DNA of 64,000 bases from an uncultured bacterium. Its GTDB lineage: Bacteria; Fidelibacterota; UBA2242; JAFGTP01. Numbering within the stretch: position 1 is the first letter of the stretch; each line of letters starts with the position of its first letter. This document shows positions 8,675 through 18,516 of this stretch, in pieces. Location: contig CAZXFH010000004.1 of NCBI GenBank assembly GCA_964640055.1, positions 26,016 to 90,015 on the forward strand, given 5' to 3'. A program made the translations under genes and the position numbers. Under the pieces are notes generated by a model. It saw nothing but the letters and a program-made list of their open reading frames with translations, had not been told where the DNA came from and did no database searches.

Positions 8675-10048
8675 ATGGACGATATACAACCCACAGCCGG
8701 ACGTCCGGCACCTGACCCGACAGAAAAGCCGATCGTGATCTACGGCGGTCCCCTGTACGACGGCCAGGACACGGTTTATCAGGAAGGCTGTCTCTACATT
8801 GAAGACGGCAAAATCGCTTTAATCGGCAATGAAGAGGATGTTTATCCGGATATCCCCCGGGAGGTGGATGCCGAACTGCTGGATGCCCGCGGACGGGTCA
8901 TTTTTCCCGGCCTGATCAACCTGCACCATCATCTGGCCAATGCCTTTACCACCGGATTGGCACCCCATGCCCCGGTCAAGCACTTTCAGGACCGGTTAAC
9001 CCATTTCATCTGGAAATATGATGTGGCACATAACAAGGAATCGATCCAGATGGCTGCTTTGCTCTCCCTGCTGGACAGCGTGCGTTACGGTGTGACCACT
9101 GTTTTTGATCAACATTCCTCACCGCGTGATATCGAGAATAGTCTGGAAGTCATTGCCGCGGTCATTGAAAAAATGGGCATCAGTGGTGTTCTGGGCTATG
9201 AGATTTCCGACCGGGAGGAAAAGAGATACCGGCATCAGGCGATCACGGAAAACCAGCGGTTCATCGAAAAATATCAAAATAATCCCCGCATCCGGGGCCT
9301 GCTGGGCTTGCATGCTAACTTTACCCTTGACGAAGAATCCATGGCATTAATTGCCGATCTGTTCGAGCCGGACATCGGACTGCACATCCATTGGGGTGAA
9401 GCCTCCCTGGATAAGGCCTATTGTGAGGAACTCGGTTATCAGGGTTGTCTGGACCGGTTGGCGCACTTTGGCTTGTTAACCCCCAAAACCATCCTGGCTC
9501 ACGGGGTACATCAAAGCAAGGGAGATCTGGCGCGCCTGGAAAAAAGCCAGGCCATTCTGGTTCACAATCCCGAATCCAATGCCAACAGCGGGGTCGGTCA
9601 ATTAAACCTTCCGCTCTCTGATAAACTCACGATCGGACTGGGCAGCGACGGACTGGCAGCCAGCCTGCTGCACGTGTTGCGAGCCGCCTTTCTCAGTCAC
9701 CGACAGGCTGGCATCAGCAGCGATCTGTTGTATCAGAAACTACCCGGTTTCCTGTTCCAAAACAATGCCCGCGCTGCCGGTCGCTTTCTGCCCGGTGCGC
9801 CGGGTATTCTGGAAAAAGGGGCGCGGGCCGATGTGGCCATTTTCGACTACATTCCGGCGACGCCCTTCCACAGTCAAAATCTGTCCAAACATCTGATCAA
9901 TGGCATGTACAATGCCCGGGCGACCACTGTCCTGGCAGCCGGCAAACCGATCTTAAAAGAGGGTCTTTTTCTGACTGTTGACGAGCAGCTCATCCGGGAA
10001 GAGGCCCGTCAGATCAGTCATCAGATGTGGGAACGCTACGTAAAGTAA
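8675..10048 (+). CDS. amidohydrolase family protein (chlorohydrolase/SsnA-like aminohydrolase)
   Basis: Metal-binding FPGLINLHHHL motif, plus GLHIHWGE and LGSDG motifs. The track ORF starts at TTG 8642. ATG 8675, preceded by aaaggaaaa, is preferred. Confidence 0.7.
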   Translation: MDDIQPTAGRPAPDPTEKPIVIYGGPLYDGQDTVYQEGCLYIEDGKIALIGNEEDVYPDIPREVDAELLDARGRVIFPGLINLHHHLANAFTTGLAPHAPVKHFQDRLTHFIWKYDVAHNKESIQMAALLSLLDSVRYGVTTVFDQHSSPRDIENSLEVIAAVIEKMGISGVLGYEISDREEKRYRHQAITENQRFIEKYQNNPRIRGLLGLHANFTLDEESMALIADLFEPDIGLHIHWGEASLDKAYCEELGYQGCLDRLAHFGLLTPKTILAHGVHQSKGDLARLEKSQAILVHNPESNANSGVGQLNLPLSDKLTIGLGSDGLAASLLHVLRAAFLSHRQAGISSDLLYQKLPGFLFQNNARAAGRFLPGAPGILEKGARADVAIFDYIPATPFHSQNLSKHLINGMYNARATTVLAAGKPILKEGLFLTVDEQLIREEARQISHQMWERYVK

Positions 10049-10080
10049 TCTCCTCAATATTAGCATATAAGGATGGTCAT

Positions 10081-10911
10081 ATGCACACCTTAAAAAAGAG
10101 TTTTATCGGCCCCATCATCCTGGCTCTCTGGTGTGGTCTGCCCCAAGCCGCCCAGCTGGACACGCTCACTATTCCCAGTCCAGCCATGCAGCTGAATTTG
10201 TCCGCTGTAGTGGTAGTCCCGGAGCGCTATTTCGAACATTCCGAACCCTTTCCGGTGGTCTACCTGTTGCACGGCTGGTCCGGAAGTTATCGGGACTGGA
10301 GTCAGCACATGAACCTGCGGCCCCTGGCGGACCGCTATCAATTCATTATCCTCTGCCCGGACGGCGGCTATGCAGGCTGGTATCTGGACAGTCCCCGACA
10401 GGCCGACTCCCAGTATAATACTTACATCGCCAAAGAGGTGGTGGCCTATATGGATACGCACTACCGCACCATTGCAGACAGCAGCGGCCGTTTTATCTGC
10501 GGATTGAGTATGGGCGGCCACGGCGCGCTCACCTTGCTCTGCAAACATCCCGATACTTATATCGCAGCTGGCAGTATGAGTGGCGTGATGGAATTAACAG
10601 ATTCCAGTAAAAAATTCGGCCTGGTGCAGCTGCTCGGGGATTATGAATCCCATTCGCAGCGCTGGCAGGCCCATTCCGCGCTTTTCTTGATCGAAGAATT
10701 GGTGGGCAAACACCGTGGCATTATCCTGGACTGTGGCATCGATGACTTTCTGATTACCAGCAACCGGCAGCTGCATCAAAAAATGATGAGTCTGGGCCTG
10801 GCACATGACTATTACGAGCGGCCCGGTGGTCACGGCTGGGATTACTGGACCAATGCCGTGGCCTATCACCTGCTGTATTTTAGTAAATTCCGCCAACAGC
10901 AAAAACCATGA
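10081..10911 (+). CDS. secreted esterase / alpha-beta hydrolase (putative esterase family)
   Basis: VVYLLHGWSGSYRDW and nucleophile elbow GLSMGGHGAL. ATG 10081 gives a signal peptide MHTLKKSFIGPIILALWCGLPQAAQ and has aagga 7 nt upstream. The track start 10027 overlaps the previous gene. Confidence 0.7.
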   Translation: MHTLKKSFIGPIILALWCGLPQAAQLDTLTIPSPAMQLNLSAVVVVPERYFEHSEPFPVVYLLHGWSGSYRDWSQHMNLRPLADRYQFIILCPDGGYAGWYLDSPRQADSQYNTYIAKEVVAYMDTHYRTIADSSGRFICGLSMGGHGALTLLCKHPDTYIAAGSMSGVMELTDSSKKFGLVQLLGDYESHSQRWQAHSALFLIEELVGKHRGIILDCGIDDFLITSNRQLHQKMMSLGLAHDYYERPGGHGWDYWTNAVAYHLLYFSKFRQQQKP

Positions 10912-11005
10912 AGCGCCAATTTAGCGCTATGTAAAAAAGGTATTAATCCCTTAATTTCTGCAGGATCAGCCGGTTTATTTAAAATTTATCATTTAAAGCC
11001 AATAG

Positions 11006-11503
11006 TTGAACGATAGTATGATACAAAAAATATTTCAAAAAGGAACGGAGCAGGTAAAACAGCGACAGTTTAAGAAGGCGCGGGAGAACTTCAGCCGGGT
11101 GATCGAGCACGATCCCGAGGCGCTGTCGGCTTACCTGCACCGGGCCAACTGTCACCTGCATTTGAAAGACTATCAGGCGGCTGTAGCAGACCTGAGCAAA
11201 GCAATCGATCTGGATCCGATTTCGGAAGCCTATTACTATAACCGGGCCGCCGCTTATGTTAATCTGCAGCAATACGAGGCTGCAATTGAAGATTATACCG
11301 TGGCCGTGCATTTAAATCCGGAATATGCCAACGCTTTTTACAACCGCGGATCGGTTTATCTGAAGCAGGAACAGCATGAAAAGGCGATTCAGGATTTCAG
11401 GCAGGCGGCCAGGCTGGGCAATGAATACGCCCGGAAGCTGTTGCAATATTTTGAAGCCAAAGGGCGGGAGATCAACCAAAAACCAGAGGATGAGTCTGCT
11501 TGA
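11006..11503 (+). CDS. tetratricopeptide repeat protein
   Basis: 165-aa ORF with 34-aa TPR periodicity (A..Y..RA......Y..A..D...AI.L.P). An alternative ATG start lies at 11018. Confidence 0.7.
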   Translation: MNDSMIQKIFQKGTEQVKQRQFKKARENFSRVIEHDPEALSAYLHRANCHLHLKDYQAAVADLSKAIDLDPISEAYYYNRAAAYVNLQQYEAAIEDYTVAVHLNPEYANAFYNRGSVYLKQEQHEKAIQDFRQAARLGNEYARKLLQYFEAKGREINQKPEDESA

Positions 11504-11560
11504 TATGGCCCGGTCACCGCTGGCCCGTCCATCACTAATTCTAAACACAAGCGAGGAATC

Positions 11561-13195
11561 ATGAGATTTACAGGCATTTTGGGAATGCTGGTCTTATTGG
11601 GCATAGCGGTATTGCTTTCCAATAACCGCCGCCGCATCCGGCCGCGGGTGGTATTGTGGGGGCTGGGCCTGCAAATACTGTTTGCCACCATTATTCTGGG
11701 CAAAGGATTCCTGTCCTATGCCGCCATGTTGATATTTATACTCCTGATTCTGCTCTACCTGCATAAAGACTATATCAATTTTCCGGTGCAGCGTAAAAAC
11801 CAGATTCTGCGGGCTGGCCTGGTGGTGCTGGCTGTTCTGGCCGGCAGTGCGGTTCTGCTGTTGATCGCCCGGATAAACCTGTTAGGCTGGCTCTTCTGGT
11901 TATTCGTGCTGGCTCTGGTGATCAAAGCCATACTGCGTTTTAGCCCTTTTCAGAAAAGCATTGTTTCCGCGATCTTAACGAGTGGCTATGTCTGGATTGT
12001 AACTCAGCAACTGACCGGCAAAAAAATATTTGCCCTGATCAGTCAAAAGGTGGAACGCTTTCTGAGCCTGGCCGATCTGGGCGCGGAATTTTTGTTCGGC
12101 AACCTGGCCCTGAAGGAATTTTTCTTCACCAATACCGAGGGCTGGCCCGGCTTCGGTTACCAATTTGCCTTTACAGTTTTACCCGTCATCATTTTCTTTG
12201 CCTCCTTTATGGCCATTCTCTATCATCTGGGCATCATGCAAAAAGTGATCAAGGCTATGGCGCGCTTCATGCAATGGACCATGGGCACCAGCGGAGCGGA
12301 AACCCTCTCCTGTACAGCAAATATTTTTGTGGGGCAGACCGAAGCACCGCTCCTGATCCGGCCCTTTCTGGATCAAATGACCCCATCGGAGCTGCTGACA
12401 ATCATGGTTGGTGGATTTGCCACCATTGCCGGCGGCGTTCTGGCCGGCTATATTGCCATGGGGATCGATGCCGGTCATCTGATCGCGGCCAGTGTGATGT
12501 CAGCTCCGGCCGCCCTGGTCGTTGCCAAGATCATTTTTCCAGAGACAAAGGTCTCCCAAACCGCTGGCGAAGTGGAAATTCCCTCCGATATTATTAAATC
12601 CAGTAATCTGCTGGATGCCGCCTCCCATGGCGTGACCGACGGACTCAAGCTGGCTGCCAATGTGGCTGCCATGTTGATCGCTTTCATCGCGCTGATCGGA
12701 TTTGCCGATCTGCTGCTCTCTTTTGCGGACCGGCTGATCGATGGGAAACTACTGCACGGGACCTTTCAGAAATACGCCACCCAAAGCAGTATGTCTCCGG
12801 TACATGGGGAATACATCGGCATTTTCCCGGGCAGTATCAAGACCCTGTTCGGTAATCTACTGCGTCCCCTGGCCTGGGTGATGGGCGTTTCCTGGCAATA
12901 TGCCGATGAAGTGGGCAATCTGTTGGGCGTAAAACTGGCCTTGACCGAATTCGTGGCCTATGGTTCTCTGGCCGATCTGATCGCCAAAGATGTGCTCAGT
13001 GAAAAGGCTACGGTGATCACTACCTATGCCCTATGCGGATTTGCCAATTTTGCGTCAATTGGCATTCAGATCGGCGGCATCAGCGCCCTGGCGCCACACC
13101 GGCGCTCAGATCTTTCCAAAGTTGCGCTAAAAGCCATGTTCGGCGGAGCGATCGCCTCCTGGCTTACGGCTACCATTGCCGGTATCTTGTTATAG
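11561..13195 (+). CDS. NupC/NupG-family concentrative nucleoside transporter with N-terminal membrane extension
   Basis: 544-aa polytopic ORF. GQTEAPLLIRPFL and MTPSELLTIMVGGFATIAGGVLAGYI are CNT signatures. RBS gaggaa lies upstream. Confidence 0.75.
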   Translation: MRFTGILGMLVLLGIAVLLSNNRRRIRPRVVLWGLGLQILFATIILGKGFLSYAAMLIFILLILLYLHKDYINFPVQRKNQILRAGLVVLAVLAGSAVLLLIARINLLGWLFWLFVLALVIKAILRFSPFQKSIVSAILTSGYVWIVTQQLTGKKIFALISQKVERFLSLADLGAEFLFGNLALKEFFFTNTEGWPGFGYQFAFTVLPVIIFFASFMAILYHLGIMQKVIKAMARFMQWTMGTSGAETLSCTANIFVGQTEAPLLIRPFLDQMTPSELLTIMVGGFATIAGGVLAGYIAMGIDAGHLIAASVMSAPAALVVAKIIFPETKVSQTAGEVEIPSDIIKSSNLLDAASHGVTDGLKLAANVAAMLIAFIALIGFADLLLSFADRLIDGKLLHGTFQKYATQSSMSPVHGEYIGIFPGSIKTLFGNLLRPLAWVMGVSWQYADEVGNLLGVKLALTEFVAYGSLADLIAKDVLSEKATVITTYALCGFANFASIGIQIGGISALAPHRRSDLSKVALKAMFGGAIASWLTATIAGILL

Positions 13196-13338
13196 AAAGG
13201 CAAATGGTTGGCAGACCCTATGATCAGCCTGTTGTCGCGGTGCATAAAATTTGTGTTCAAATTCACCGATAAGTATTATAATTTAGCGGAAAAGAGGTAT
13301 CCGCAGAAGTTGGAAAGCAAGTTAACAGGAGCATGGTA

Positions 13339-13989
13339 ATGAAAATAATTCTTTTAGGCCCACCGGGAGTAGGCAAGGGGACCCAAGCCCAACAAATTGC
13401 CCGGGACTACACAGCTAAGCACATTTCGACCGGCGACATCCTGCGAGACGCCATAAAAAAGGAAACCCAGCTGGGCCGGAAAGCCAAAGAGTATATGGAT
13501 AAGGGCGAATTAGTCCCCGACGAAATCATGCTGGGGTTGATTGAAGAAACACTGTTCGGCGGACATCCCAAGGCTAACTATATCCTGGATGGATTTCCCC
13601 GCACTCTGCCTCAGGCCGAGGGGTTGACAGCGCTGTTCAGGAAACACAATACTGAAATTGACCGGGTTATTCTGTTAGAAGCGGATCAGGATGAAATTGT
13701 TTCCCGGCTCTCCGCCCGAAGGGTATGTGCAAACTGCCAGGCGGTCTATAATCTGCATACCAATCCGCCCCAACAGGACGGGATCTGCGATCAGTGCGGG
13801 GGCAGGCTGGTTCAGCGCAAAGATGATCAAAAGGAAACGATCTTGAAACGGCTTAAAGTCTATGCCGAGCAAACAGCTCCATTGATTGATTATTACCGGG
13901 ATAAAGGTAAATTGGACCCGGTTGACGCCAGCGGCTCACCGGATGAAGTCTATACCAAGCTGAAAAAAATTCTGGGTAAAATATCATGA
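13339..13989 (+). CDS. adk: adenylate kinase
   Basis: P-loop ILLGPPGVGKGTQ and a zinc lid CANC...CDQC. ATG 13339 has AGGAG 7 nt upstream. The track start 13333 is too close to that SD sequence. Confidence 0.9.
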   Translation: MKIILLGPPGVGKGTQAQQIARDYTAKHISTGDILRDAIKKETQLGRKAKEYMDKGELVPDEIMLGLIEETLFGGHPKANYILDGFPRTLPQAEGLTALFRKHNTEIDRVILLEADQDEIVSRLSARRVCANCQAVYNLHTNPPQQDGICDQCGGRLVQRKDDQKETILKRLKVYAEQTAPLIDYYRDKGKLDPVDASGSPDEVYTKLKKILGKIS

Positions 13990-14576
13990 TGGTAACCTTG
14001 GGAGTGACCGGCGGTCTTGGCTCCGGTAAAACCACCGCCTGTCAATTCTTAGCCGACCGGGGCGCTTATATTTTCAATGCTGATCAGGTGGCTAAAAAAA
14101 TCCTGCTGGAAAACGAAACAGTTCAGGAAGAGATCGAAGATGAATTTGGCACCCGTATTAAAAAAAGCGGACAGGTAGACACCCAAAAACTGGCCCGCAT
14201 TGCCTTTGCCAGTGAAGAAGACCAGACCACGCTGAATAATATTCTGCATCCGCTGGTGATTGAAAATTATTTAACGCAAGTGGACAAAGAAAAGGGGGAT
14301 TATCCCCTCTTTGTGGTAGATGCCCCCTTAATCTTTGAATCCGGTTTCGACAGTCATCTGGATTATACTGCTCTGATCTACACCAAATACAAGATCAGAC
14401 TGAGCCGGGCGATCCAGCGCGGTACCTTGTCACGGGAACAGATCCTAAAGCGCATGGCATTACAAATGCCCGAGAAAGAGAAACGCCAGTTGGCGAATTA
14501 TGTCATCGAAAACAACAAATCAATGGCTGCCCTGAAACAAAAAATGCAGCAGCTCTACGATGAGCTCGTTAGCTGA
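13986..14576 (+). CDS. coaE: dephospho-CoA kinase
   Basis: 196-aa ORF with LGVTGGLGSGKTT P-loop. ATGA overlap with adk. Confidence 0.85.
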   Translation: MMVTLGVTGGLGSGKTTACQFLADRGAYIFNADQVAKKILLENETVQEEIEDEFGTRIKKSGQVDTQKLARIAFASEEDQTTLNNILHPLVIENYLTQVDKEKGDYPLFVVDAPLIFESGFDSHLDYTALIYTKYKIRLSRAIQRGTLSREQILKRMALQMPEKEKRQLANYVIENNKSMAALKQKMQQLYDELVS

Positions 14577-14625
14577 CACAGGGATTGTTAAACAGCACAG
14601 AGCAGCCAACAAATTAACAGGTTAA

Positions 14626-17600
14626 ATGCGACCAAACCGGGGTAGGGTAACTAAACTTGTATTGGGATTAATACTAAGCGGCCTGCTACTCAGCAGGGAC
14701 GGCAAAGCACAGGACCTGTTTAAAATTGACCGCCTGAAATTGGTTGGCGAATCCATGCTTAACCAAGTTGTTGATCACCGCTTAAATATACGCTGGCATT
14801 ATTCCCACAGGGCAGCTACCTATAATGTGGAAATAAAAATCTACCAGGAAACCGATGCTGACCAGGATACCCTGATCTGGCAAAAAGAACTGACCGAACT
14901 GACCGAGACCACTTTCCAGATCGTCAATTTCGGTTTACTGCAGGACGGAAACACTTATCGCCTGGCAATCCGCGCCCGCCATCCGCGACTGGACTGGTCG
15001 CCATGGCGTCACCTGCAATTTACCATGAACAGTCCACCACGTGAGGTTGCTTTTTACTCATCGCCGGACACAATTTTCAGCGGGGATCAAATTGACTTCC
15101 GGTTAATACCTGCCGGAGATGCCCAGATCGCCACCACAGACATTATTTACGAATTCAAAATAAGCTCTGATTCCATGGGCGCTGAAATCATCAAATCAGA
15201 TTTGTGTTCGGGGCAGCTGCGGGCTCCGGATACGCTTTCATTATCTTTTCCTAATGATTTATCCGATAATAAGCGCTATTTCGCCTTTGTCCGGGCCTAT
15301 GATCAGGTCGAATATTCCCCATGGTCGGAAGCCCTGGCTTTCAGAGTCAATCGCCGGGAAGAACCCCCGGAAGGCTTACGGTTACATGCCAAAGGCGAGC
15401 TGGGTGTTGTTGGGGATTATCCCCTCCTGCGCTGGTCGGCGGCCCGGGACCCGGAAGCCCCAATTGGCGGAGGGATCGTTGAATACCGGGTTTATATAGC
15501 CGCGGACAGTCAGTTCCACCATATCCGGGAAACGATCCAACTATCGCCTCAGACTCTGACTTATCAGCCCCATAATATCCGCAACCATTGTAAATACTTC
15601 TGGCGGGTAATTGCACGTGATAAAGCTGGGCGTGAAACCGTCAGCTCCCACACGGGTCATTTCGTGCTCAACACCGGGAACATCCCGCCACCGGCCCCAA
15701 TTCTGATTGCTCCTAAAGACCAACATATTCTGCAACCCCGGGATTTTCTCAGCTGGCAACAACCATCGGATGAGCAACCGTGCGACCGGCTCGGATTCCG
15801 GGTCTTGATCACCGACTCCCAAGGCATTGATACGCTGGTTAGCCATTACCTGTCTGACACCTTGGTAGCAGCAGCCCAAAAGATCCCCATGCCGGGATTT
15901 ATGATTACCTATGATAACCGGTTTCGCCTGCGGCTGGAACAGCTGGATGCTCTGAGCCAACTTTCTGATGCTCAGTTCTATCAATTCCAGGTAGCCGTTT
16001 TTGACAACTGGGGGGATACCACTTTTTCCGACTGGCAGAACGCCACATTTCAATATGACGACAATATTAATCAGCCACCCCAAGCCCCCACCAAGGGCTT
16101 TGCACCAGACGGAATCATCGTGAATACTTATCAACCCTGCTTCAGCTGGCACCCCGGGTTTGATGCGGATGTGGGTGATCGCTTGCGCTATGAGATTATA
16201 CTCAGCCGGGATAAAAATTTCCAAAGCCGCACGCACATCCGCATGGAAACCAAATACGGACAGAACGGAATCACCATGCAAACCCCCTTGCTGGAAAACT
16301 CACGCTACTTTTGGAAAGTCCGTTCCCTGGACCTCTATGATAAGGCCTCCCCCTGGTCGCGGGTCAATTATTTCTGGATCAATACGATTAATGAAGCCCC
16401 CAACGGGCCGGTCGAGCCCCTGCGTCCGCCAAGTTTAACTGAAGTCGCACCCGACGATTATTTCTGGTGGCTGCCGGTCACAGATCCCGATCCCGGCGAT
16501 CAGGTTCGGTATCATCTGGAAATCGCGACCCGGCCCCATTTCAAAGATCCGCTCATTCAACATACACTTGACACACTGTTCCGCGCCGCCACAGAGCAAG
16601 CGGATAAATCACTGCCAGCCCATTCGGTGGGCCTCATCCTGAAAAACATCCCGCAGCTGGACCGCTTACAGGACAATCAGCTCTATTACTGGCGCATTCT
16701 GGCCCGGGACAATAACGGTCTGCAAAGTCCGGGCCCCCGCCGGCCACCACGCATCGCCTATAACTCCCAAAATGACCCTCCTCTACCGGTAACCCGTGGA
16801 TTCCATCCCGCCAACGGTGCCATCATCAACAGCCAACAACCCACGATCCAATGGACGGCAGTCAACGATCCGGATTTCCGGGACTTTACTTATCGCCTGA
16901 CCTATGATCTGCAATTGTCCTTATCAGCAAATTTCGAGTCGGATTCACTCAGGTCCTATCAAACGTCACCCGGAGAAAGCAGACTGAAAATCCCGGAGCC
17001 TCTGACGGAAAATAAATCCTGGTATTACCGGGTGCGGGCAATGGATGAACACGGCGCTGCATCCGACTGGTCCCTCCCCCAGCACTTGATCATCAATGCG
17101 TTCAACGAGCCCCCTTATACAGTCAGCGAAGGGTTTTTACCCAAGGATTCAATGCTGGTGGATGTGCTGACGCCAGTGCTCAGCTGGCATACGGTTTCCG
17201 ATCCCGATCCGGCACAGGATGAGCATGACATTCATTATCTGATCCGCTATGTGCCCGCTGAATACCTGGGAACCAGTAAGGAGCATAAAAAAAGCAAGGT
17301 TGTAAAAAGCAAACATCACGTGAACAGTCTACGGTTACCGCCGCTCGCAGAAAATATATATTACGCTTATCAGATCGCTGCTCAGGATCCGGACGGCGAA
17401 CGGGCTCCTTGGTCGGACTGGCACATTTTCGGGGTCAATAGTATTGACGAGGCGCCGCGCTCCTTCAGCCTGCTCTATCCCACCTATCAAAGCGACTCAG
17501 TGGCGGTGAGCACAGCCTTTAGCTGGCAAAACACCCGGGATGCGGATCCGGGCAATTATATCAACTATACACTCTATTACAGTGCTGATAGCTTATTTCA

Positions 17601-18093
17601 TTCTGCTGTCGAGAAAATCGATCTGGAGGCTCCCCGTGGAGATACGGTGGTCTTTCAGCCGATGCACCCTCTGCAGCCAGCCAGAAAATATTTCTGGAAA
17701 GTGGCAGCCAAAGACAACACCGGCTTGATCCGCTGGGGATCGAATTCAGATCAACACCCCTTTGTCTTCCGCACTCAGGGCTTTCAACGGGCATTGGGTA
17801 AGCCGGCCGGGGCGAACCGCTTTTACCTCTACCAGAACTCCCCCAACCCCTTCAATGAAATCACCCGTATCCGCTATGAAGTGGCCGAATACAGTAATAT
17901 ATCAATGACTATCTATAATGTATTGGGAAAGAAGATCAAAACCCTGACCTCGGCCCCCCATAGCGCCGGCACCCACGAAACCTACTGGGACGGTACAGAT
18001 ATGTATGGCAACCGTGTGCCAGGAGGAATGTACCTGTGTCAGATGAGGGCCAAGGATTACATCACCCATCGCAAGGTTGTTTTATTACGCTGA
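14626..18093 (+). CDS. large secreted repeat protein (about nine FN3-like modules) with T9SS/FlgD-Ig-like C-terminal sorting domain
   Basis: 1155-aa ORF with a signal peptide. Module ends recur: YFWRVIARDKAGRE, YFWKVRSLDLYDKASPWS, YYWRILARDNNGLQS, WYYRVRAMDEHGAASDWS, YFWKVAAKDNTGL. The C-terminus NSPNPFNEITRIRYEV...MTIYNVLGKKIKTL...GTHETYWDGTDMYGNRVPGGMYLCQM fits a sorting domain. Confidence 0.75.
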   Translation: MRPNRGRVTKLVLGLILSGLLLSRDGKAQDLFKIDRLKLVGESMLNQVVDHRLNIRWHYSHRAATYNVEIKIYQETDADQDTLIWQKELTELTETTFQIVNFGLLQDGNTYRLAIRARHPRLDWSPWRHLQFTMNSPPREVAFYSSPDTIFSGDQIDFRLIPAGDAQIATTDIIYEFKISSDSMGAEIIKSDLCSGQLRAPDTLSLSFPNDLSDNKRYFAFVRAYDQVEYSPWSEALAFRVNRREEPPEGLRLHAKGELGVVGDYPLLRWSAARDPEAPIGGGIVEYRVYIAADSQFHHIRETIQLSPQTLTYQPHNIRNHCKYFWRVIARDKAGRETVSSHTGHFVLNTGNIPPPAPILIAPKDQHILQPRDFLSWQQPSDEQPCDRLGFRVLITDSQGIDTLVSHYLSDTLVAAAQKIPMPGFMITYDNRFRLRLEQLDALSQLSDAQFYQFQVAVFDNWGDTTFSDWQNATFQYDDNINQPPQAPTKGFAPDGIIVNTYQPCFSWHPGFDADVGDRLRYEIILSRDKNFQSRTHIRMETKYGQNGITMQTPLLENSRYFWKVRSLDLYDKASPWSRVNYFWINTINEAPNGPVEPLRPPSLTEVAPDDYFWWLPVTDPDPGDQVRYHLEIATRPHFKDPLIQHTLDTLFRAATEQADKSLPAHSVGLILKNIPQLDRLQDNQLYYWRILARDNNGLQSPGPRRPPRIAYNSQNDPPLPVTRGFHPANGAIINSQQPTIQWTAVNDPDFRDFTYRLTYDLQLSLSANFESDSLRSYQTSPGESRLKIPEPLTENKSWYYRVRAMDEHGAASDWSLPQHLIINAFNEPPYTVSEGFLPKDSMLVDVLTPVLSWHTVSDPDPAQDEHDIHYLIRYVPAEYLGTSKEHKKSKVVKSKHHVNSLRLPPLAENIYYAYQIAAQDPDGERAPWSDWHIFGVNSIDEAPRSFSLLYPTYQSDSVAVSTAFSWQNTRDADPGNYINYTLYYSADSLFHSAVEKIDLEAPRGDTVVFQPMHPLQPARKYFWKVAAKDNTGLIRWGSNSDQHPFVFRTQGFQRALGKPAGANRFYLYQNSPNPFNEITRIRYEVAEYSNISMTIYNVLGKKIKTLTSAPHSAGTHETYWDGTDMYGNRVPGGMYLCQMRAKDYITHRKVVLLR

Positions 18094-18179
18094 AACGGTT
18101 CAGAGGTCCACTGTTGAAATAAGGCGCGGAGGTCGGCAAACAGCCGGCTGTTTTGGGCGCTAGCCTTTAAATATTTTTC

Positions 18180-18208
18180 TTGCTAATTCCCACCTGAGTA
18201 TTTATAAT
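18180..18208 (+). promoter_or_regulatory. candidate sigma70-type promoter for the ACP/acyl-CoA synthetase pair
   Basis: TTGCTA (18180-18185), 17-nt spacer, TATAAT (18203-18208), about 47 nt upstream of the ACP start. The consensus may not apply if the host uses FCB-type promoters. Confidence 0.35.
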
Positions 18209-18254
18209 AAGACTCACGCTAAAATTGGAATAAAGCTAAAAACAGGAGGATTGT

Positions 18255-18497
18255 ATGGAAACCAAAGAGGTTGAAGCCAAAGTCAAGAAGGTGATCTCAG
18301 AAGTATTAAAGATCGATGATTCTGAAATAACCAATGATGCCAACTTTATTTTCGATCTGGGTGCTGATTCGGCTCAAAGCTTAGAGTTGGTCGCGGCTTT
18401 TGAAGAAGAGTTTGACATTGAAATGGATGAAGATAAGGCACTGGAGATACAGAATGTTTCCGATGCAGTGGAATTTATCAACGAGTATCTGGATTAA
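18255..18497 (+). CDS. acyl carrier protein (stand-alone)
   Basis: 80-aa acidic ORF. The phosphopantetheine-site context is FDLGADSAQSLELVAAFEEEFDIEMDED. Strong RBS aggagg. Confidence 0.8.
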   Translation: METKEVEAKVKKVISEVLKIDDSEITNDANFIFDLGADSAQSLELVAAFEEEFDIEMDEDKALEIQNVSDAVEFINEYLD

Positions 18498-18516
18498 ATA
18501 AAGGAGAACCTAACCC

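Noticed and set aside
15541-16281. 246-aa minus-strand ORF inside the 1155-aa repeat-protein gene, and similar ORFs at 15347-15616 and 17561-17794
   Set aside because: It is antisense to a long ORF that has clear modular protein structure. It has no motifs and a low-complexity translation, so it is a shadow ORF.
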